NCBI RefSeq assembly: GCF_964204645.1
Contig: NC_134031.1
Location: forward strand, 13,131,807 to 13,195,806
Length of the DNA: 64,000 nucleotides
Direction: 5' to 3'
Source of the DNA: Tubulanus polymorphus
Taxonomy: Eukaryota > Animalia > Nemertea
Both the position numbers and the translations under genes were made by a program. Of this stretch, positions 49,301-61,300 are shown one piece after another (the stretch's first letter is position 1; every line of letters starts with the position of its first letter). A model generated the notes under the pieces. The model made no database searches and was not told the origin of the DNA. It saw nothing but the letters and a program-made list of their open reading frames with translations.

Positions 49301-52300
49301 GATAATAAGCATATCTAGGTCATCCATCTGATTTGAGAAAAAGCTAATTTTCCCGGACTTTGCACAATTGTCAATGATATTTTCTGTAGTGCAAATAAAA
49401 ATATTCCTCCCAAACACCAAATCAGCTAAAGATTTCACAGGTATTGATCTTGAAATATAATTTTAGATCTCAAAGTAAAACGGTAGCCGATACCACAGGG
49501 TCACGTGAACATCTGCTGATCTCTGCAGCTAAGCCAATTACAGAGTTGTTGTTCGTCCTTCGGAGTCGAAGATGACCAAACTTCAGTTTCAGCTTCTGTG
49601 TGTTCTCTGATGGCTGATGAGACCAATTTTGGCTCTGAAGCCCGCCTGATTTCAGAGGTCATGGCTCCCTGGTGAATCAAGCTTCATAGGGGTTGGAGAA
49701 TGGATAATGCTCTAATGAATGATTTGTATGAATATATGCTCAGTTGTACAGTGAAAGAGCCTTTTCTCTGGAAACCATGTCATTTAAATTCGCTCCATTT
49801 GACTATATAGTAATAGTCTCAGCCTACGGCTGGCCTAAAAATGTTCCTACTTAATTAACAACCAATGACCAAAGGTCCTTCATTAGCTTTACAATAATCT
49901 GAATAGCTGAACCATTTTGGATTGTGAGAACAGATTAAATACTCATGGACTAGTGTATGAGTAACACACGTGTATGAGTAAGACACCTAAATTAACCTTT
50001 ACCCATGCATAATTTGATAGGGTAAAACTGAAGGATATGATAATAGCTTGCTGATAATAAGTAAAGTACCCGAATCAGTTGAATAAGTCTACCACCATAT
50101 AACAAATGCTCATTTCTGATTCGTATCAGATTTTACTCCACTCACTAATTATTATAGGTAGATGTTAATTCAATACAAGAAATACTATATAACAGTTGAC
50201 TGTATATAGTCACTATAACGAAGAAAAGAATGCTTGCAACCGAGGCCAAAAGCCGCTTTACATAAAATATTTTGCCTGGTAATATCGCTCAGCAGGTACG
50301 GTATATATAAACAGAATCATTGACTGACTAGTTTGCAGTTTGCTGGTACAGTCGACAAGAATAGCAACACCACAACACATAGACCTGAATACATATGCAA
50401 TGAACATTCCACCAGTATGCATTACAAACTTATTACATTCATACATAACCTATACTAAGGTATTCCCTTTGTCTCAGTCGTTCCTCTGTGACTATATAAT
50501 CACAAATAATTAGCACTAAATTATAATTACCACTTCATTATCCCAATAAGATGATCTTCCATAGACTTAATCTATCTTTGCATGAGAAATTTACAACCCT
50601 CATGTTGACATGTGTGTAGTTCAAGTTTGACTTATTTAGTATAACATAAATGACCCCATCGACAATATTTGTTGTATCACATATATAAAATTATGTAACA
50701 AGGAAAAGTAACTTCACTTAATGGATCAATAAATAATATCTTGATTAGAAGAAAATAAGAGCCCATTTTCCCATACCTCCGTTTTATGCTAATTGTTTAC
50801 AGTATGACGGTTAACAAAGTTTCTTCATCAAACATGATAAAATTTTGAAGCTGCAAGAAAGCATTACTTGAAGGTAAGGTATGGTTACCTCGTCTTGGAC
50901 TTTTCCCTCGATCTCGTGGCATTTTAACTAGTCTTGATAACTGCTTCGACGAATATCTGCTCTCATTACGATGAGGACAACTCAACGAAACAAATATCCA
51001 CAAAACCTCCTTTTCTGCTACATATTTAACTTGAATTCCTCAATTCACCGGCTTTTATCACGATGCCATGCTGTTGATGCTGTTTCACCACATTAATATG
51101 CCATAATGATCAGTATGACCTAGATTGATCCAGATCTACAGTGACCTCAGATCTGCTGATTTCATTTCCCTACTGAAGTTCATTTACTGTGGACCTTGCC
51201 ACCACTAATACATTGTCAGTGTCTACACAGACATAGCCTCACTCAAGAAACAACTATATATCATATATACATATATCCGTGCATACATGCATTCACAGTT
51301 AAGTTGTTGTACAAGACTCACCGCAATACTTAAGTTTTTCAGAGCCTTTATCAACTGGTTTAACTAGTGCTACGCTAGCAATACCTCAGCAAATGAAAAT
51401 GTTCCTTATTCTAATCTGATGAAACATGAGGGTACATAATCATCTGTTGTTTTTGTTTACAGGAATACATTAAACCCGGAATTGAAATTATGAATTATGA
51501 AACCTAAACAATGTTAACCATTCAGCGTCATTTGTCATTTTACAAATGACAACCAAAACGTCACAGGTCTATGTGTACACATACATGCTATTATTGACAA
51601 AGATGTAGAATGACTTCTTGTGATTATATAATGAGCCCTATTTGAACGTCGAAATGTTATATTGCATTGAATACTCATGAGAAGACGTATTGTAATAGAA
51701 ATGGATGTATGGTTATATCAGAAGCGGCAGGCATAAATAGAAATAATAAGTAAATCGGATTATTCGGTAAGATGGCGGATGTATACACGATGCAGAAGTC
51801 TGATATAAAAGTTAGAACCTGAATGGGGATGCTGGTGGAATGACGAAGCTATCTATGATCTGTGTCTGGCCGGCGTGAATTTTATTGACGGTAACAAGCG
51901 GTCAATATACAAATGTGTAAACATATAATTTCAATATTCAAATGTTTAGAAAATATGTTCGATATTAGGGCCCGATATGCTGGTTTCATGAGAACAATAC
52001 CGATAAGCAATTCAAAATAGCATAGCTGTCGTATACGGTTCCGCATCTTCTGATGGCATGTGTTTCAGGTTTCAATTCAATTCTTTATTGATCCTTATTT
52101 TTAACATAACATATAAGATTCCCAAATTCAATAAAGTTACAAATTTTAAAATAAGAAAATAAAACATACAAAACACATGCGTAATTCATACAGAATTACA
52201 TAAACAAGCCTATTGCTATTTCAAATGACAATATCTACTTCAACCCAGACTCAAGAGGATGAGTCGGAAGCCCCCCCCGGGATAACTTAATTAGGCCGGT

Positions 52301-55300
52301 TGACCTGCTACCCAATCGCCAAATCTCACAATTCCCCACAATTCTTAAAACTTTGATTTTAAATTTGCAATTCCACATAAGCTTATCCCAAAAATTCTAC
52401 ATTTTTTACGCAGGCGTCAAATTAATAATTCATTAAAATTAATTTTCTTGTTTCAACTTATGAATGGAAACGCATAGGCCTACCGATCTTCGGCATGAAG
52501 TTTTAGGCAGAATTTCAGAGAATCCGTGCTCCAAGTAATCAAAAAAAGCCTAAGATGTCCCCTTGATTGAATCCAAGGTTTTCATAAAAATCTGTCTATT
52601 GATACAATCTCCATCACACACAAACTGCATGATGTTTCATCATGAATATACATGGTAGCGGTTTTTTCCCACTGACTCAAATAAACACTCTCCCCGTTCA
52701 TGGTGTGACGATTTCTATACACTGTGTACGAAGTTTGTTAGACAATTTATTTTCGTAAATTGAACAATTTCCAAGTTCCCAATTTTACTGCCCTTCTATA
52801 AAATTCACTGCTTTTCACGGCCAGCCGCGATGAATCCTGGCAGTTGAATCATTTGCAAGAAAATTTAGAAATTAAAAGCGTTTTACGAGCACTTAGAGCG
52901 ATCTTGAACCCATGAACGACTATTATATTTTGGAAGGTAATGGCTAGTTCCGATGTGGTACTGTCACCCCGATATAATTTGCATATTTCATAATCATATA
53001 GATCTACAATGTCATATCGAACAGTTCATAACATTTCATAGCTCTACTACATATTATTAATAATAATAATAATAATATAATATAATTATGACTATAGTGT
53101 CAATATGTGCTTTAAGGTCGTAATCAACATGTGACATTACTCAACATGTTTTCACGATAATTAGCTATAGTCAGTGCTCATCGATAATTAATTAATGTCT
53201 CTCAAACATGTCACTAGGTGTTTGTTTGCGAGTCCTGATGTCTACAACTTGTCTGACACCTAGTTCTCACATTATACTCATGATTCTGTATATAAGACTA
53301 TGTAAAGCTATGATAATCATTCTCATTCCGGGATGCAATAAAGATTGTACAAAGAAGGTTTAACTGCCTTGTTGTTCCTGATGGATGGAATCCTGTACCG
53401 CTGGTGTAAATGCTAGTTCCCCAGCCAGCCTGCCGATACAACAACCAGCCGGTTACAGTACATCCTCATTCAATGACATTCAGCATCTCATGCATTACGG
53501 GTCGAGTCCTGAATTATTGCAGTTAAAACGCGCCGATGAATGCTCACTAAAAATCATCACCCAGTAGTGTATAATATCTGAAGGCGTTCGCCACACACGC
53601 GCGGCAACAGTAAGTAGGCCTATATACATTACTACTGTCGCCGCACGCGCGTGTCTGCAACCGATCGATAAAATACATACACTCATCATAGTACAAATGT
53701 AGATACAAAATCACTGTGTTGCAATGAATATGCATTGAAATGCGATACTTTTACGCGACGATAAGTGAAACAGGCACTGAACGCTCTTACGGTTCACCTG
53801 ATTACCGATCGTGCCAGACCAATTGAATGAGATCGTCACCCGAATACCGAAATCCGCGACAAAACGCGGATCCGTGGGGAATTCTTATCCCTGCAGGAAA
53901 ATTTTAACTAGGCCACTCGCAAGGCGCGCTTTTCATAAACATGTACATGCACAGATCAATACATCACATAGCAGCAAGTTTGTAACAAGCACGTGTGTGA
54001 AGCATGAATACACATAAATGGGTATGTGTTCTTCTGAAAAGAAATGTAGTTCTAACAACAAATAAATTAAGTAAATTGATAATTAAGCAACGGATTACGA
54101 TGAATTCAATAGGGTTAGAGCTTTCATTACTGCATTGCGAGTTTTAAAACTTCCGAAGAGAAACTTAGCCTCGTTAGGCAGTTATTTTGTACCGAAGGAA
54201 GAAAGTTTCAAGTGCAATAACGAAATGGACTTCGCTTAAGCGAAAGTCAATAAAAAAAAGGGCCATTTGGAACACCTTAGGTTGAGCACGAGTTGGCCTT
54301 CAAATTTTCTGTTATGCATTTGAAAAAGTACTTGCATTCAATGAATCAATTCAATATCTTATGGAAATCAAACTTGAAATGCTTATTTTAGTCGCAAAAT
54401 TTATCCAGATGTACAATAGCGTATCATAGCAAGACGAAAATACCGTTTCCTAATGGCTTGTTTAGTAATCGCTGATGCAGTACGTTATCAAATGCTTTGT
54501 CGAAATCCATAAAGACTGTAAGGCCTAACAGTAGATTTCAGTCAAATAACCATCTGGTCCAGTTATCCATGGTTTCAAGTAAGCCTAATTGACTTTGTAG
54601 ACCTTCGTTTTATTAAGCCGTGTCGACCGTTGAACAGGATGTTATTTAATTCGCTTCACTTTCAATAGGATGGTGCAGCTGCTTCAGCATACATGTGATC
54701 TTGGTCCACACAGTAATCAGACAAGATCAAGAATACTAACAGGGCTGTGCAGATAACCCGTTATCGCTGCTTTGCAGCTATATTCTTAATAAATTATTTG
54801 ACGCCTGCGAAAAAATGTAAAATTTTTAGGATAAGCTTAAATGTGGGATTGCAAATTTGAAATCGAAGCTTTAAGAAATTTGGGGAATTACAAGATTCGG
54901 CGATTGGGTTGGTTATACAGGGTTTGACTGTAAAAAGTGGTTTAATTTTTTATTGAAAATTGTCAATAATGACAACTCGCAACCGACATCATTCACTTTT
55001 GCCTCAAAGCTGGTCTGCAACTTCATTGCCTCCATGGTTGAGGAAAGAACTCTTCTTATGTCTGCTTCGTCATGACTTTGGAGCATATCGTGTGGCCTAG
55101 CCCAGTCAGTTTGGCTGTCACTCGATATCCAATTAATGTCATTTAAAATAAATATTCTGTATGAATTACACATGTGTTTTGTATGTAGTATTTTCATATT
55201 CTAAAATTTGTAACTAGTGTTTTGTTTATTGTATTTTCTTGTTTCAAAATTTGTTACTTTATTGAATGTTTAACATAAGGATCAATAAAGAATTGAATTG

Positions 55301-58300
55301 TCAACTGATACACAGGCCATCAGAGGACGCGAAGCCGTATACGACAGTTATGCTATTACAAATTGCTTTTCGGGATCGCTCTCATGAAACCTGCGTACCC
55401 CTAATATTGAACATCTTTTCTTAAACATTTGAACATTGAAATTATATGTTTGAAGAAAATGAAGAAAATGGAAGAAAAGGTCGAGTTATCAAGGAATTGA
55501 TACCTTCGATCCCGGTTCTTTGTATGCGGCAAAGCGCTCAAGTCTTTGACTGTTTGCACTTATACAAATCGGCACCACCTTTGGCATAAAATTTTGTGCA
55601 ACGAAAAGCATTCGCTCAAGATAGGTAAACCGGGCATTGCTTGAAAAATTTTTTTAATTCGTGACTTCAAGGTTCTAGAAGTTTATATTGTATTTCATCT
55701 TTCTTAAAGAATTATTTTGCAGTCAAATAAGACCAAAGATTAACATTTGTTTATGGTCTACGTCCAAAATTTCATAGGGTATAGGTAGGCACGGCAGGGA
55801 AACTATTTTATATTTTCAAAAAAATATTTTTCACAATATGAAAAAATATTCCAATAAATTCATATGATGTCACATATCAGAGGGTGGCCGAATATTGAGT
55901 CTTGGAAACGAAACCTCTTCCAATGTATGGCCACGTAAGCTAAAGCGCCGGGGCATAGTATTAGATTGTTTTAAATCCTTGAATTTACCACTACCATATT
56001 CAGACCTCGACCTATACCTATAGTTTGCTGCTTAGTATATTCAGCTCACAAGAAATTACAATTTATTACAAATTCTATCAAACAGAAAACACAGCACTAA
56101 TCTTCTGCTACGACGATTATTCGGCCTGTTATCATACCAAACGTGCAAGCGCCAAGCAGCGTTACAGCATCACCATATAGTAGTCTGCATGAGCGTGTGT
56201 TTGTGTGTTTAGCACTCCCGCGCACGTGGAGGCCTTGTGTAGTGAACATTCGCTTCACTTCAATCTCAATCAACACAATCACAGGGTATTAAAATAAAAC
56301 AATACCTATATATGTGAAATAATTATATTCTCACCAGCAATGAGCATTTAGAATTCGCACATATACGGCACCTAGTCCAATGAAACGTTTGCCATTAATG
56401 GCTTTCCCATAACTATTTTAGTAGCGCCGCAATTCCCCGTAAATCCCAAAAACAGCCAATCACAATCGCTCGTAGAGACAACGTCCCCCAATCGAGGTCA
56501 TTGCAATTCTATAAGCAAGAGCTAAGAATTTTCCTGCCAAAAACAGTTTTTCGTCAATTTAAACAAAGTTGACCATGTCATCGACGGAGGTTCGTCATGT
56601 CTTCAATCGATTATGCGCCGTTTAACCCGAGAACCAATGAAAAAATGCTCACATTAAAAAACGTACCGCGATTTTACATGAATTGGCTCAATGCCAACCT
56701 TATACCGCTGACAATGGTAAACCAAAAACACAGACAGTGGTAGGCAGGAACAAATACGTCAGATCAATTTGTTTTCACCTACGAATTTGCTGAACAAGAC
56801 TTTCAAGGACATTGCCAAGCTTTCAAATTCAAAGATTCCTACTGACTTTCCCAGCAAACACTTTCAAGGAATTTGAGACAGCTACAAAACCGCAAACTTC
56901 CAAGATTATAGGAATCATGGAACAAAGGTTACTGGTGACGTATTTCCAAACAAGTTACACATTTAGTAATGGCAACACAGCCATGCTACGCAAGCCACAA
57001 AAACCATATACATTTCCAAATAATGGACTTACCTTCCAAAGGAATTGCTTCAGCTGACAATTCAGATGCATCGAGTGTGGATGTGTCAACCGAAGCTTCA
57101 ATGGCAGGTACTATTTCTCCATCACTGACATGCTGTGCGGCAGTTTCGGACTCCACAAGCTCACGTTTATCGCTTTGCGGCGTGGTTTGTTTATCAACAT
57201 TTATAGTCACATTTATTTCACTACTAGTGGATTCTATCTCAGTAGATGATGCTTCTGCACTCGGCGATGGCGTTGCAGGCAATGAGTCTGCTATGTCACT
57301 GGTTGGTGAATCAGTAGTTGTTACGATACTGCAAGGTTCCGACGATGATAGTTCCTCATCACAGACAGGTTCCTGAATTATAACTGCATCAACGGTGGGA
57401 GGTGGCGCCACCATAGCAACAGGTATAACAACTGGGGCTTCTAGGGCACCAGGGTTAACAACTGGCTGCTGTTGTGATGGCGGAGTCGAATATTGGACAG
57501 CAACTGCAGCAACTTTAGCAGCAAATTCAGCGGCGACGCTGGGTCCCTGAACTGGTGCTGGGGGTGGTGTATCCTGGAATCAGAGGAAATTGCAAAGAAA
57601 CTAGAATGTGGCAACCCCACTAATGCCGTCCGGGGAAGACGAGGCAGTAAATGGGCATGTCTTTAAGAACTGTAGGCTGTATCGCGGACAAGAAATTCAA
57701 GATGACTGCCATGGGGGCCATAGTTGATGGCGGATAGCCTCCATTTTCAAGGAGGGTGGACATCTTAACTGCCTCAATCCTCGAACTAATTTGAGGAACA
57801 AGAGCGGGCACTACGATCAGCCTAAATATTTGCTTTTTATGAATCGATGCAATTTGTGGGTTGTGACAAAATACTTTTTCTGCTTCTTTATAGTTTAAAC
57901 AGATAAATTGTGTTTTGTTAAGAAACACAGACAGGGAGATGGCAGGAATGAATACCTCAGATGAATTTTTTCTTTTCGACTCGTTGATCTGAATGCAGAA
58001 CAAAATGAAATTGGATTTGATGTAATTTTGTTCAATAAAATAAAATTGGATTCGATAAATTGCAGAATATAATTTGATTGAATTTGAAATTCAAGCACAT
58101 GGCTTATTGGTATATCAAGTCCATCCATGGATAGCGACGATTTTAGATAAAAGTTTGTTTCCCTGACCCTTGCACAATTGCTGAGAAAAAATCCATACCC
58201 TATGATAGGAGACTTATGGTTTGGTAAAACTGGTATTTTTGTGCAAACCCCCCCCCCCCCCCCCGGGTATTTTAACAAGGCCCTTTTTCATAATTTGGCT

Positions 58301-61300
58301 TCATAGGGATTGAAGAATGGATAACATTTTGATGCAGGATTTATATGAGTATAGCAATAAGCTCAGCGTACATGGCCTATAAATCAATTAAGAACTACAG
58401 GCTGTATTGCTCTTACAAGGTTTCTAGGGGATGGCATATGATGGGCAGTTGATGATAGACACAAGTCATTCCACAATCAATGTCTCTGGTGATAAAGGGT
58501 CCCAACTTTAAAGAGTTTGTCATAACTTGGGAATTAATTAGTAAATCCCTTCACCAGGAGCCAGCTGCTTAGCGGTCAGTCCAAGTTTACCAGCAGAGTA
58601 TTCCTGATATTGTGACAAAACTTTATTCTGAACCTTTGTAGTCCAAACCATTCACTGAGCAACTGGCAGCTAGTTCCTAGTACTTACGGCAACAGGGGTT
58701 GCTCTAGATGATCCAGTATCAGTATTAAGAGGTGGTGTTACCATCTTGTTGCCGCGTGCTGAGCTCATCAGATTGTCAGTAATGTCAACGCCAGTAGTAG
58801 GGTCCTGGATCCGAATGATCTTTCGTTCTTTCTGACCAGGGTTCGATGGTGGTCGCGTTTGATTCATTTGAAACGTAGGTGGTTGTTGAGTGTAATAGTT
58901 TACTAGAATGAAAATTCATTGAGTTTTCTTTTTGCCGAAAAATATAGTTACATTAACATAAAACAATTGTTTAATTTGATTAGTTTGTGCAAAATGTATG
59001 CAAAAAGAATCGGGACATAGAATACAAAATGAAGCAGACTTTAAACCACTAGGTTATATGATTGTTTAAGTTAAAAATTGATTCTGTTGCAAAAAGCACA
59101 AAATGATTAGATGTGATGCGTTAAGACATGTTCATCAAGGCACAATAAGGATGTAACTAAACAAACCACCATCATGCACTCTCACCAAATATTATCAAAA
59201 ATGAAATTTATCATTTTTATGTAATTTGAGTGAATTTCCTCCAGAGGTAAAAATAATCATCCAGATTAGGGATTAAGGTATAATTTCAAGAATTTATATT
59301 AGATATTGATCGAGATAACCAAGAGTACCTGATATCTCAGGGGTTATGAACTAATCTCACTTTTACACAAAAATTCATTAGTTTTGCAGTAGGTCATGAA
59401 GATTGAAGATTTAAAGAACATCTTGATTCTAGGTACTTTCATTCATACTCCCTTGCATATAATGACTCATTCTCCCTTGGTAAGGGGATTTGAACCTGAT
59501 GACATTGCAACACTCAGCCACGGCACGAACCCCTGCCACAGTATACTGTGTGCGCAGGTACATGCGCAGCTTTGCCGCACAAAATTTCATGGAAGAACTA
59601 TCAACGGGAAAACCCAGGCTTTAATGAAACGGGATTTCTGATTGGCTTGTAATGACGTCATCTAAGTTGTGCATGTCGCGGTTTCTTACTGTGGCAATCT
59701 CGATGCCGTCAGGTTCGAATCCCTGCCTGGGAGGATGATTATCACTGCACCATAGAACAAAACCTGGCCATAAGTCTTATGTACTGCTTGGCTTCAACTA
59801 ATATTTTTCATTTACCGTTTTTTAACTGGGACATCATCCAAATGGAATGAAATAATATGGACCTACAAAGACTGACTTGAGAAGTCTACGCACGGACAGT
59901 ATCCATTAGGAGACAGGGTTTCATTTCATGGTAGTGTCACCATAAGAAAAGAGAATGATTTTCAGTCAAATTAGGTATAGGAACCAAGGTGCATATACAT
60001 GTACATGCAAACTGAACATAGCACATAGTCCTATGCAGCAGATAAAGAGATATAGATGTGTAGTGTATCCCAGAAAATGCCAGTCATCCTGGAAACTATT
60101 TAATTTATATTCTTTTAAGTTGATTAATCTGATAAATGTAGATGTTTATGGTACAGTAGGATATATATCTACAATATTTCGAGCAAACTGACTGCAGTGT
60201 TTTGAATAAGAAAACAATATCATTAACTGATTTGATTGATGGGCAGCATTTAAACAGGAATTAGAAAATAACAGAATTTTTTTAGCTCTAGCTCAGAAAC
60301 AAATATTCACTGGCTTGTACAACATTAAGCATCCTATTCGTATCATTTCCAATTCAATCCCAGAACCAAGTGACTACACTTCCTGGAATACACTCTTTTT
60401 AAGTAGAAAGTCATGGCTGAAGGTCAAATTTCTCCAGGTTAAAATCACTTCATCGAACCAGCTAGTCCTTAATCGAATTCATCACGGACAGACAAGGTTG
60501 AACCCTTCCTGAGCATACCCGATATGATTCGTTTTATCGCCAAAGCTCTAGGACATTCTGAGGTAATTAATGGCGTTGGAACATGCCATATATATGGGTA
60601 AGCAATATTCATTCTGTTTATTTTCTGTATATCTTATTAATTACATGTATTGTGTTGTTGGGTGTCTATATATATGTATACACTGACTACTTTAAATTGC
60701 GATTTACATGTAATTTAAATGAATTATTCAAATGTCAATACACATGTACATGGTTGTTTTTCATCACCTTTACTTTGTAGTGTACCTAAATATGTTCGCC
60801 AGTAGCCACTTTCGCTTGTATTAGTCAGATGGACAGGTGCAAAATGCTAACTATTGGCTAAATGGCACTTCACGGAGTGGGGAATGCTCAAGAAGAGTCA
60901 ATTTACTGCGCAGGTAATCAATATTAACCAAAACCTTTCCACATCAAAATGTTTGATATCATAATAAAATATGATAATCAATTAGAATGATTAAATCGAA
61001 CATCAATTCTCTGATTCTGATCTGCAATATCATTACAATCATTTTGCCCACATTTCCCAAAATGATATGTGTTTTGCGTTTCAACTCTTTAACGAGGCAA
61101 TTCTGGTAGGTGGCAACATTAGGATGAATGCAAGATAATCTGAGATCAATTTTGATTTTCTTAATGAATCTGATTTCATGTACTTGGTAGGGTATTTTCT
61201 ATGAAAGCAATTTGTAACATCTATAATGTCAAAAAGGAAATACGTATGAGCCTACTTGACACACTGAAGAAAATACCCAAACCACACATGAGCTGGGATG

